A stretch of 63,989 bases of DNA, the filler included, from Dimargaris cristalligena (lineage: Eukaryota): the NCBI GenBank assembly GCA_003614675.1. It is 3 parts of 3 records of this genome, joined end to end, with 100 filler letters (N's around TTAATTAATTAA, not from the genome) between each part and the next. Parts side by side here need not be neighbours in the genome. Positions count along the whole stretch, not along the records: positions 1 to 23,182 come from ML002618.1; 2 more parts are not named here. One strand, given 5' to 3'. How positions within the stretch are numbered: the first letter of the stretch is position 1; each line of letters starts with the position of its first letter. The position numbers and the translations under genes are program-made. Below the pieces are notes generated by a model. It saw only the letters and a list, made by a program, of their open reading frames with translations, did not search any database and was not told the DNA's origin. Below are positions 1 through 11,549 of this stretch, in pieces.

Positions 1-55
1 ATCTATCTTTTCAAATAAAGTTCAGTTTTCAAGGATTTGAGTTCAGTTCTTTACA
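1..55 (+). mobile_element. 3' end of a putative LTR (AATAAA signal, ends ...CTTTACA)
   Basis: Near-identical to 23353-23406. Both copies contain AATAAA and stop matching exactly at TTTACA, the typical ...CA LTR terminus. Confidence 0.55.
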
Positions 56-470
56 CTAGTTAGTATAAGGGGGTAAGCATATATAGAGTTTATTGGGGTA
101 AACCAGGGGGTAATAATAAGCTAAGGAATCTAATCAGTCCCAAGGGGGCCCAGTTATATATATGTGGGGACAGCTCCAGTAGGAGGTCCCAAAGGGAATG
201 CTACTAAGACTAAGTTATAGGTAGATAAAGAATCTGGCCAGATGGCTTTGTATCTGGAAGACTCTCATAGGAACTGGAAGAGTTATTTGGATCAGCTGGT
301 TTGAGTATTTAGTGTGAAGCATTGGGGCCAGAAGGGGAAGGGTTATATAATAGGTAATGATCCTATAGTACTGGGGGGACTATGGGAGGGTTAATATGGC
401 ACTATAAGGCCTAGTAAGGATGGGTGATTATTAAGTCTGGATTAAGTTGGATTAGGAGGGCTGATAGTAA
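56..470 (+). repeat. Degenerate dispersed repeat family A, copy 1 (CpG-erased)
   Basis: Aligns by eye to 23586-24000 (direct) and to the reverse complement of ~24330-24740. No CG dinucleotide found in 1-741. Confidence 0.85.
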
Positions 471-1138
471 TATTAGTATAATAATCAAATGAGTATTCAG
501 TAATAAGAGATTTAAATAAACCAGGAGGTTCTTGTCACTTGGCTTAATTGTTGGTAGACTAATAGATGGTTAGTATTGCAGACAGAAGGGGCAGGGCAGT
601 GGGAGAAATATGGATGTGACTTCAGTTGAGAGGTGTCTGCTTATCTAGTGGCTTTGCCCCAATATTTGGTGATATAATTACAATGGTTTGCCTTCTTTAG
701 ACTTATTAGTACTAACTTGATCTAGCTGCATGCCAGTGGCTCGTAGGACAGCCTACCAACTTCAATCCGAGCTGCTCCCTTTGTCAATTAGGCAATCCAT
801 TAAACGGTATTTGGTTAAAAATATATATATTGCAGATGATTTTCGCCTATCATTCTATATGTAGGTAAAACCCCTACTCGGCAGCTTCATTTATTATCGT
901 CGGTTCCGAAACTTAACTTACCCAAATCTACTTCCCATGACCCTATAGTATTCGTTAACCTACAAAATATCGATTGTATAGCTACCATAAAAGCAAAATT
1001 ATTATAGTACACAGCGTTATAACTTTGGCCGCGTTCCTCTATAATATAAACACCTCCGTTTAAAAATATTACACATTTATTACTTATTTTATACTGACAC
1101 TATTAATATAATATACCCTGAGGAACACCGCCCTGCCA

Positions 1139-2319
1139 CTAGTCCTTAGCTATTACGACCTTAATCTCGAGGTCACCCATGCTACTCCTGGAATCAAACT
1201 TCTTTTCCGCCTCGCTAATGGGAACCTTGGGCTTCGCCTCTTGTTTCTGGCGTTGCAGGTAAGCTTGTTCACCAGCCACCTTCTTTCTCTCCAGCTCCCG
1301 TTGGCGGCGAACGGTGCGCCGGAGCCGGAAGCCACAGGCAATAATAAGAAGCACCACCACACCGGAGACCACCCCTCCAATGATACCATTGGTCGAGGAC
1401 GATGCTGAACTTGATTTCACCACTTGCCCATTTTCCGTGGTGAGTGGCCGAATAAAGAGGCGGCGGATTAGCGATGGATCGGTACTGTCTTGATCGGCAG
1501 CGGAGACCGAAGTGCTATCGGCCGAGGGGTAATCCTCCGATGCAGTAGTGGTATTCCCAGCGAGGACAGGGTATTGGTCCTTTATTTCCGACCACGATAC
1601 ATCGCCGTTGTAGAGAGTCTTGAGCATAGCGGCAAACTGAACCCCGTCTTTGTAAGGAACGACTACACAGGGCATTTGGGCACTTACTCCTAGACTGACA
1701 CAGTGGCTCAGGTCATTTTGCTGGTAGACAATGTACAAGTTAATGCTTGATAGGCGGTCGACGGCTGGGGCAGCGGTGACGCCTCCGTTCTGGGTTTCGT
1801 GGAGGACCACATACTTTGCACCGTTAGATAAGTCTTGTTTTGAGAAGTCTTCAAACGTCAGCACAATCCCCTATAATATAAGTTTTAACAGGATAGGTAC
1901 AAGTAGTAGGCAATTGGTTAATTACACTGGCATCCCATTTATATACTAGTTCCACCTTCTTATATAATAGCGGGCTAGGATAAATTGCATGAAGGCAGCA
2001 TCTACATCCAGAGCTATATGGGTGACTATTAGCGTTTGTGCACCGGCGTCCAAGATTATGTATAAGTATGAGAGGATGAGCTGAACATTTATGTCGAATC
2101 ACTTACCCCTTCGGATGCTCGTGGGTCGTTCTTGAGTTGAAAGGTCATACTAGTTTTTATGAGCGTCGCTGTGGTTAGATTTTGAACAGTGGTCGCGTGG
2201 TCGGACTCCATGAGGACAACGTCACCTATTAGCGTCGTGTCAAGGGAATCTGCCTGGGAAATACCCAAGGTGGTTAAAGCCATCCCGGCCAACGCACCGA
2301 TTAATACAGCTAACCGCAT
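1139..2319 (-). CDS. Single-pass type I membrane protein, ~314 aa (signal peptide, possible PA-like ectodomain, Ser/Thr-rich stalk, TM helix, basic tail); exons 2319-2107, 1870-1139
   Basis: Signal peptide MRLAVLIGALAGMALTTLGISQA. GTAAGT donor at 2106 and TAG acceptor ending at 1871 join in phase 0 (PRASEG|GIVLTFEDF). TM IIGGVVSGVVVLLIIACGF followed by RLRRTVRRQR. Confidence 0.75.
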
Positions 2320-5300
2320 AGTGGCAACAGGTATGTTAGTAAATACGAGTTTATGCCGTATAGCAAGCGACCAATATCAGGCAAAAGTACAATAGTATAG
2401 AGTGAATTGGATGAGCCAATTCGAACTATCAGGCGGCGTGTAATGGATGTAAAAATAAAATGGGATCCAAAGGTAAAGGGAAAAAGTCAATTGAGGGAAT
2501 TCAAGCCAGTGATATATTCAGAGTGTAAAAATAAACTAGTGATTAGGCGCTCTATATTCCTAAAATGAAGTACTCCGGTGGGCGGGGGGGTGAAATAATA
2601 TATAGCAAATGCAGTGGCCGTAAAATCTGAGCAGCATAGGGAGCGGCTGGGTGTATATAAAATAAAGACGGCTAGGAGGTCTGAAAGGGGTTGCGTTGAT
2701 CATAGAATCATTAGAGGATTGTCGGGTCGGATAAAGGGTCTTGAATCACCAGTACCAATCCTTTCGCAGTCCCCCTTTCGGATCATACACTCTACCCTCC
2801 GACCTCCTTGCCGCACCTATAATTGGGTCACTCAGTACCCTGCCGTCAGTCATGAAACTGGGGACACTCAATGAATAAAGTAGGAAAAGACCATGGGCAA
2901 CAGCCCAGAAACTAAAATAATTATAAAACAAGTACTATAGTCTTACAGGTGCTCCCATTTTTCGTACTGTAACATCATTGAAGCTAGGTAAATAGGGACG
3001 TTTTGCTGACACCCATACCCAAATGCACGGTGTGAGGGCTACCAACGGTTGGCCATTATATTCACTCAACTTAGCCATGCACCATGACAGCCTAGCTTCC
3101 CGATTTACACCATTAAAGGGGTGCAATCTTGAATTCACAGGCAGTCTTGTTAACAATGGCCATCATGACATGACACCCCCCCCCCAACCACCCTGGGAAA
3201 TATAATATTTATATTTCACGGATGAGCCATACTTAACGATATAAACGGCAGTCTTTGTAAATCGTGTCCTTGGGTTAGGGGATGCGGATATAACTATAGG
3301 CATTTCAAAAATGTAGTATACATTGCCCATGCCTTACGTAGGGACAGAAAAGTGCGATCATTCTTTCCATCAAATACCCCACTGAAACACAAGATTATCC
3401 CAGACACGACTTCGCCTCAAAGTATTGTTTTCAATAACACGTCTCCGTGGCAAGACCGATTGGATTCAAGGTGGATTTACACGTAGCCAGATACCTTGTG
3501 CTCGCTGTTCTTGGTAGCTGTCGTGAGAACTTCGGTACGCCAGCAAGGGTCGGAAGTCCAAAAAAGACGGCAATCCACTATGGTTAGCAACCTATATTAA
3601 AAATAATTGGATCAACCCATCTAATTGAGGTGGGGAGGGGGGGAGGTTTCATAACCCCAGATGACATTTTCCATATCTTAACTAGACTCAGATTATCACG
3701 CGAGTGGGATTGGTCTACATATATTTAAGGTAAAAGCCAAGTATTTTATTTCACAGACCACATTACTTGATTCGCTTCAGTAAACCGGATCATCCCTTAA
3801 TTTCCCACCGACACAGTAGTTTACCAACAAGATGAGCCAATCCATCACGAGGTCTATAAAGAGTTGTCCATAACGGGATGCCTTACTTTACATAGGTATT
3901 CTTTACTTACCCATTTGGATTTGAACAGAGTCTGGGCTGCAATGCGCCCCTTAATGGTATCCCCCCTGTAGGTAGGCAGCTCTGTATTTAGGAGACTTGG
4001 TAGAATAGACCAATCATGTCTTTGAAGGCGGTTCAGTTGTTCCCCAAACGCCTAATATAGCTGCAAAGAGAGAAGTTGGCTTGCGGCCTGTAAGATGGGA
4101 GAGTAGGGGCTAATATCGGAAACCTGGAGGACCTGCCCATTTTCGATTGGCTCTGGCAATGTACTATACAATCGTAGGGCAGCATGTCCCAGGCAATATT
4201 ACATGCCTTTGTCTTGAAATTTATCGGTAATGGAAAACGAAGGCTGGCCACGAAAGCAGTAAAACACGCCTCAAGACTATGCGTAAATGATCCGGGAAAG
4301 AGTAATAATTCGTTTGATTGAAACACCCTACCCACAGTAAGGCGTAAACCTCAACCCCAGAACTAGCATTTATATAATTATTCGGTAATTACATTGGCAC
4401 CAGTGGATTTGGACTCTAAAGCGCTATCGCATCTAACTCAAAAAAAAAAGGCGACTCGGGTTATTACATGGTCGGTATTGGCGTGTTCAATAGGAGCACC
4501 CTATTGTGTTTATCAACGGATCTACCCATTTCTACAGGCCTAAGCCGGTGATATATCACTTTAATCACTTTATTTATCAACAAATATAGTAATACAATAT
4601 TTTTATAACTACCTAATAGTTACTGCATGAAACTAATCCAACGATAAATAGCCGCACTAGCTTCCACTTGTCCCACAATGGACGGATTCGTATTTTCAGC
4701 TACGGTTTATTATGCAGTTGGCTTTACCGTGGAAAAGGAAAACATCCCCCTTTTGAATTCCGCTAGGTGAGCAATGTCGGAATCATTTTGGGACAGTTGT
4801 CGAGTGAACGCAAGGACATACACATCCTGTCTAAAAATATGACCCGCTATTTTTTTAGAAATGATACTGGTGAAATATGCTCTGCCAAGGTCAAAAAAGT
4901 ATTCTATATACAATCAGGCAGCTTACTAATATTTGATATTAATCAAGTCTACTGATAAAGTGCAGTTGATTTACGGACATTTGTTTCAAATGTCGATTCA
5001 TTTAATAACACTCTGGCCAAGCTTATACCAATCTTCCAGGTTATAGGATTTCCAGTCTTGGTATGTTATGCAAGGGCACCGCAGTCTATTGTAATTTTTG
5101 AAGGAGGCCTTTCGATAGCGCTTATTTTGGACAAATCTGATGTTAATACCATCCCATCGGGTTAAATATTAAGCTACAATGTATCCCCTTTTATTAAGCA
5201 CCCTCTCCTAACCATTAAAAACCAACTAATTAATATCGTTATCAATGGGTGGCTTCGTGTTATACTCATTTGGATGGTCTGTGTGCGTGCATAAGTGAGC

Positions 5301-6323
5301 TGGCCGGAGTTTTAGAAACTACACCCAATCCGGGCTCTCTAACTCTTAATAGATGAAGTGTAGTTTTTATTTTTGGTTTGCCGTCAGTCGGACGCATAAC
5401 GTAAACATACTTGCCGCTTGTGTCGTGACTTGGGCAAACTATATGGAATATCCATATTTTTAAAAATTGAGATGCAAGCACTGCCGTATAGTCGATATCA
5501 CCTGGTTCATTTGGAAGACCATAATAGTAAACAACATGCAGGATCTGTATTACCACAGTGGGAAAACACCGAATGGACTCAATTATGGGGCATTCGGGTA
5601 TTTCAGTGGTTTTTAACCACATATCACCGTCGGAATCGTGCAGCATAACAAAAACCTTATTAGCTTAAACTGGCTGGGAGGCGCTGGCGGTTAGTAAGTC
5701 CACCCTAACCAACCCTTTCCCATACACATTTTCAAAACCGAGGCTTCCGTATTTTCTTTCCAAATAGATGCAATATAACCCCCGTTTACCACAGGGCATC
5801 GTCATTTTCTTTTTGCCGCTGGTGTATTGTTCGGCCGTACCTTGAAATGATAATAGCGAGCGTGCTGTAAATGCTGCCCTGGGATAAATATACATTTAAC
5901 CCAGCAAAAGTGTCGTGATTTCCGTGGCCTTTAAGTAGCATGTATGGATATAACCCCCTTCATCCCCCTCCTGGTCAATTATACACCGTTCTTACCCTAT
6001 ACTACATTTTTTAGCACTTCTTCTTGTCTATCAAGTTGCAATAAATATCAGTTATTTTCTTATTGTTGTTTGCAGGTTCGTTTAGCTTATTTTACACTGT
6101 CCATGTCATGTCCCAATCCTGTACCACGGCACGGCCCTGCTTCACTGCATAGTGAGCCAATTACTTTTTTTAGGCATATTTAACCAACCTCCACCAGCTA
6201 CTGTATTCTTTTTCATAGTGACCCGACCCTGTCGTTAACTATATACTTCCAAAACCACCTCGGCAATACGCACAGTAACGACAGCTCTCAGTGAAGGCAC
6301 AGGAAAAACCCCGATAACAAACG

Positions 6324-7325
6324 ATGGCGCGTCCAATGGGTGATGGGTATATGGCACCCTCGGAGGGTATGACCGTTAACGTCAATATTGTATCACCCAC
6401 TCAAATGCACCACAGTCACCCCAACCTCCAGCGGTCCATCACGGCCGGCAACTCGACCATCGCCTCCAAAGGTCTGCGGGGCACCGCCGAGGTTCCGAGA
6501 CCGGGATTTTGGTCGCGGATGGGTGGTTGGCTTTGCCTCCCCACTTCGGATGTCAACCACGCCAGTTTTACCAGCGAACCGATTGGGGTGAGCAGCGCGG
6601 TGGCGTACGGCTCTACCTCAGAATTTAATGGCTCCCGGATTACCAACGGGGTTCCCGCCTCGCCAATGGGCCACATTGGCATAGAGATTCATCCAGGGGT
6701 TACCGTAAACCCCCCGATGGTGAATGCTCAGCAATATGTCCACCAGCGTCCCCGTCATACCGCCATGCCCCCCCACCTGGACGGAAATTCCCAGCATCCC
6801 AGTCCCCAGGAGAAACGGTACCTCACTCATGGGCAACCCATTCCGCAGGCTCGCCAGCCGCACCAGCAAGCCCGAAACAACAACCGACCCTCCAGGCCAC
6901 CGCAAGGCACCCACCCGCAGGGCCATCACCGCCCTAAGTATACGGTAAAATTACCAGATGAACAGTACCACCCTGCACCCAACGAGGCCCCCCCTCTCCC
7001 GTTCTACAACGGCTCGGGCCAGATGGTTTCACAGGAACCAACTATGAACACGGTGACCTTGTACAATGCACCCCCCCAGGCTGTGCACCCGGAGGCCTAT
7101 AACCTTCACGATCCCAATTTCCCAACCCCCTACGGTGCAAGTGTCAAGGAACAATTTCACCCCACCGAAGGCCCAGGAAGGCCTAATCTTTTTAAGAACA
7201 CCATGGGGCCTAACGAAAAGATGAATCCACGGCATCGAATGGAAGCACATGCCCGAATTCCCATGGTCGATACCTCTGTACTGACCATTGAGGCGAACCA
7301 GCGCCATAATCAGCTGTATTGCTAG
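6324..7325 (+). CDS. Hypothetical Pro/Gln/His-rich, probably disordered protein, 333 aa
   Basis: 1-kb GC-rich ORF with coding-like composition between AT-rich flanks. No recognisable domain. Confidence 0.7.
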   Translation: MARPMGDGYMAPSEGMTVNVNIVSPTQMHHSHPNLQRSITAGNSTIASKGLRGTAEVPRPGFWSRMGGWLCLPTSDVNHASFTSEPIGVSSAVAYGSTSEFNGSRITNGVPASPMGHIGIEIHPGVTVNPPMVNAQQYVHQRPRHTAMPPHLDGNSQHPSPQEKRYLTHGQPIPQARQPHQQARNNNRPSRPPQGTHPQGHHRPKYTVKLPDEQYHPAPNEAPPLPFYNGSGQMVSQEPTMNTVTLYNAPPQAVHPEAYNLHDPNFPTPYGASVKEQFHPTEGPGRPNLFKNTMGPNEKMNPRHRMEAHARIPMVDTSVLTIEANQRHNQLYC

Positions 7326-8035
7326 CATAAATGGCGTATAGCTTTTACCCTCGACCTCGCACAGAGGCACGTTTAGTTATCAGCGAATTTTCCCAGTCTC
7401 AAGCTGATTGACAGCTGTTAATGCCCCCCCTCCCCTTGTTTGATTGGGGTTGCATATTCTCCGTCTTCATATTTCATTATTAAGGTCCACTTCTCGCAAA
7501 TTTTAATGTAGTCCCTATTCATATGCCCAGTTTCTTTTACTAACACCACTGATTAATTTACACTGCTGTGTAACTACAGCCGAAGCGGAGTTAAATCCAC
7601 TCCGCCAGCTATTAGGTTATCCTTTCCAGACAAGGGCCGCTTTATTCGATATAGGATGTACGCTCTCTGGATATAAAGCAGTTATTATATTATCGATCAC
7701 ATTCTCACTTATTACTAACAGTGATGTATACCATCATACGGCAAATGGCCCCTTATATTAAAGTCACAATAATAAAAACCCATTTTAAATCGATTAGTTA
7801 GCTGAGGTGCGAACATGGCTTTATGATGTGGAAACCCTGGGGTACTATTATATTATTTTCACTGAGAACCGAGAGGCACGACTCAGTTAGTCCTAGGAAC
7901 AATCGTTTATTAGAATAATGTCCGAATTGGGTTCAATGAAATAGGGGGATTTGACAGCGCCCCCCCCCCTCCATTGGTCACAATAAGGGTATATTGCAAA
8001 CCCTGCTTATCCTCACCCCACCGACACGTCCATGG

Positions 8036-9610
8036 TTAACGATTCATGGTGGCGGGACCACGCATGGTGTGTCCAGGTAAATCATCTGCCGGGTCGGTCG
8101 CCGTAGCCGAATGGGTATCACGCAAATATTCTCTGGGAACCCCATACGTCGGATGGAGCCGGCCTTCCGCGGCTTGGCGGCGAACTTCTTCCTCTTGCTT
8201 ATCCACCTCCTGGTAGGTGTCGTATAGCTGACAATACCACAGAAGCTGTTGGGCATGAGCGGCGCGGGCCGCATTAGTGATCTCTTCAAGATTTTGCGAT
8301 TGCACAAAGCGACGCAGTTCCACCTCACATAGCTCGACTAGTGCAGGCACCTGACAGCTTGCTGCACAGGTCAGAAGGGCCTCCCATTCGGCGTGGCCCC
8401 AGTCAGTTGTTTTCGTTCGGTCGACGTCCTGGCCCCGGTTTTCCATGAAGTCAAAAAGCGAGGCGACTGCTTGAGGGTCCAAACAAAGGCCATCGAGTGA
8501 GAGGACCTTTGAACCTTCGGAACTGGTGGTCTTGAGACGGTCGGCCAGCAGCTCACTGAAAAACCGCAGGTCCTCCTGTGACAATGGTTGGACAGAAATG
8601 GTATTATGGTTGTTGATCTGGACCACGATGGCGTCATCATGTCCCACACTGTTCAAGTAAGTACTAGGCGGCTCCTTATAATGCCGAACAATATCGGGAC
8701 GTAGCTCGGACACCAATTCAAACCCCAGGTTCTGAACTTCGGCAAGGTCGCTACATCCACTATCCTCGGCCTGTCGGAAGAGCTGGGTTTTCTGCCAGCT
8801 ACTACCCGACTGATCGCCAGTTTGAAGGCGAACCTTGAGGACAAAACCGTAATCCATTTCAGCCAAATATGGGCCCAAATCGAGAGGTTGGTTGTTGGTT
8901 TCACCCACGGTCAATTCGATGGGAATGCGCTGCCAGTGGGAACTGGCCAGGGGCCGAATAAACCACTGGAGGGTAGCCAGGTCGGTGAAAATAGTGGAGG
9001 CAAGGGTCGCCTTCAGTCCAGTAACATAATAACCGCCGGGGCGAAAATTGAGCCGCCACTCCATTTCGGACGGCTCGTTGAAGTTTTGCTGGGGGTCACG
9101 GGCGATGTATACCACGTGATTATCGTACTCAATCTTTCGGCGCAGCCCCCGCTGTCGGAAACAGCCCTGCCGCCAGCCTTGCACCAGGGGGATACTGCGC
9201 CCGTTTTCGTAGAAGGCGTCGTCGCTTGGGTTGTAGCCGACGGTGTGAGAAGCACCACCGGGACTGGTGGCGGCTGCCAACTCATTAGAGTGGGCTGGGC
9301 TGGCCCTGGTGTGGAGCGGTACCCAGGCGTTAAAGTACCCCTGGACTGGCTGAGCCTGAATGCGCTCGTGCTCGGCCTTGGCTTGGGAGGTATCGCGATT
9401 GAGCTGCGCTCGCTGCTCTTGGCTGAGGGGGATAAATGCGTGCTGGGAGTCGTTGGGGATCGGGGCCATACGGGAGGCCTTGGAGAATGGGTTACGCATG
9501 AATACGGGCTGGTTACTGTTTACAAGGATAAGAATGAGCGAAGTGCAAAATAATGGGAGAACAATGGCTAGGTGAAGCGGAATGTTGAGAATAGTTAAGT
9601 TCGACGGCAT
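8036..9610 (-). CDS. PAW-domain (PNGase C-terminal mannose-binding module) + BTB/BACK-like protein, up to 524 aa, intronless; start could be 9610, 9499 or 9469
   Basis: aa ~121-303 carry GWRQG..RKIEYDNHVVYIAR..MEWRLNF and GDQSGSSWQKTQLFRQ, matching NGLY1 PAW motifs (GWENG..RKVETDWHMVYLAR..ISWKF; GDGDVAWQHTQLFRQ). aa ~318-465 carry FFSELL..LDPQAVASLFDFM..LLTCAASCQVPALVELCEVELRRFVQSQNLEEITNAA..AQQLLWYC, a SPOP-like BTB + BACK pattern. Confidence 0.85.
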   Translation of the reverse strand: MPSNLTILNIPLHLAIVLPLFCTSLILILVNSNQPVFMRNPFSKASRMAPIPNDSQHAFIPLSQEQRAQLNRDTSQAKAEHERIQAQPVQGYFNAWVPLHTRASPAHSNELAAATSPGGASHTVGYNPSDDAFYENGRSIPLVQGWRQGCFRQRGLRRKIEYDNHVVYIARDPQQNFNEPSEMEWRLNFRPGGYYVTGLKATLASTIFTDLATLQWFIRPLASSHWQRIPIELTVGETNNQPLDLGPYLAEMDYGFVLKVRLQTGDQSGSSWQKTQLFRQAEDSGCSDLAEVQNLGFELVSELRPDIVRHYKEPPSTYLNSVGHDDAIVVQINNHNTISVQPLSQEDLRFFSELLADRLKTTSSEGSKVLSLDGLCLDPQAVASLFDFMENRGQDVDRTKTTDWGHAEWEALLTCAASCQVPALVELCEVELRRFVQSQNLEEITNAARAAHAQQLLWYCQLYDTYQEVDKQEEEVRRQAAEGRLHPTYGVPREYLRDTHSATATDPADDLPGHTMRGPATMNR

Positions 9611-11549
9611 TTAGGAAAGCAAGCAGCTAGTTTAAGCAAGTGAGACACTAAGTAGACCAGCAACAGAAGGGTAGAAGCATGCCGAGTCTCTTGGTGGGGC
9701 ACTACTTGGCCTACTGAACAATATAGCCCGGCTGCTGGTGCTGCTGGTATGCATGGATCTAAAATGGGCGGGGCAGTTAAGAGAGTACATTGACGTCACC
9801 TAATGCTGCACCTTGCTGTGCACCCGGGTTAAGCTAACAGAGCTATATACGAAAATACAGGGTACGCAAGTGTGTTTCCAGTGACTCGGGGAAAGGACGG
9901 TTGGTCCAATGCTGTGGATATGCGGTAAGCCATCTAGCTAAGCCAACTCCCAACTCGTTGGTTATATGGTTGACGAATTACAAGGATGTATCCGAAAGCG
10001 GGTTATTCTTAATAGCAGCAGCCCAATGTGGTGATGTAGATTGCGTAGCCTGGCACTATATCCACTCACCGGGTATTGTATTTTTACCGTCGACCTCTAT
10101 CGGATGTATAGTCAGTCTTAATTACATTTTATGGCGTCAACATCCGCAATTGAACTGGCTCCAAATAAATGAGAGCGAAGCAGGATACGGTTGACTTTTG
10201 AATGGGGGGGTGGCTTGGTAAAAAGACAATAGTGGAAATAGAGACTGCAAAACCCCAGAAACCAGACCATCGGTCCACTAGACAGTTCGTTCGACTTGTG
10301 AGAGGCGGTCAAAGTTGAGAAGAGGGGATGGCTGAAATGAAGAAAGTCCATACTAATCACACATAGTACACCGACCAAGTTCTCTTTCAAGATGAGCAGC
10401 TACAAAGAAAAAAATGGCGGTGGGTATGTTATGTGAGGGCTGCAAGATTCCGCCAGGATGCCTCCCTACCGCCGGATTTGGCTTGATAGGAGTGAACAGG
10501 CCACCGTATAGAATTATAATTAAATGTACAGACGCTTCCTTGACCATTTCCTTTTCTTCGACTAAACTAATGTGAACAGTCATGCGACCCAAAGAGGTAA
10601 ATATAAGCAAACTGGCTTATCCTTGGATTCCCAGGATATTGGGATAGGTGATATTTCGTTAAATTGCTTAAGTAAGCGCCGCCATGGGAACTGGGAAGTG
10701 GGTGGGTGTTTCCAAAGTACCATATTAGCCTGTTGGAGACGAATTTGAGTAGAGTAGGCTGACGAAGGAGCTAGGATAAGGCGATGGCCGTTTCTAACTG
10801 GGTCTGTGGCCAGTGCTATCATTCTATCATTATCTCAATAAAGCGTTCACCTGAGACCCCAGCATTGAACATACAATGAGGATCCTAATAATATGTAAGG
10901 ATTCTTCGAGCCAAGCAATGGTCGACAGGGTCTGGTTTGCGTCTTCCGACTCATATCATTTGCTTTGCTACCATTGCTTCACCACATTCATTGACGGCTT
11001 CCCATCAATATCCAACGCCAATCATGCTAGCAACGGTGGTGGATCAGCTAGATATTTTAGGCGGATACGTCCATGTCAGTTCCCTCGCCTCCTTTTCAAG
11101 GACTTTGTTCGCAACACCCCCTCTACCGCCTGATGTCTTTATTAAAGCAAATCACTAACCACCATTTCAAACGGCATTTTCTAAATATTTATTTTGCGGG
11201 TGTTCGAGTTGAGCGGAAATCAAGTCGCCCAACAAAGAGTTATTATCTTAGCATCCGGTGGAATTGGCGGGTTGAAAATGGTATAGCGTCAGGAGCAGGA
11301 TCCGCTCATACATTGGAGTTATTCACGCTTCGGATTCAAGAGAGATTCTACCAATGGGCTAGTACCATACTATACGACCGGGGCCCAAAACCGAAGTATT
11401 TAACGAAATGGCTCCGCCCAGTCTGTCATTAACTACACCCACATCACCACAGTTTTCCACCTAATTCAACTACATCTCTAGTAGTTACATTCTCCAGCCA
11501 CGGGCTATTTATTTGTTTATTAATTCGGTTATATTACTATTATACCATA

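Noticed and set aside
8822-9553. 243-aa + strand ORF and other ORFs overlapping the PAW-BTB, ABCG, ATG1 and NRPS genes
   Set aside because: Antisense or alternate-frame shadows of GC-rich real genes, with no motifs of their own.
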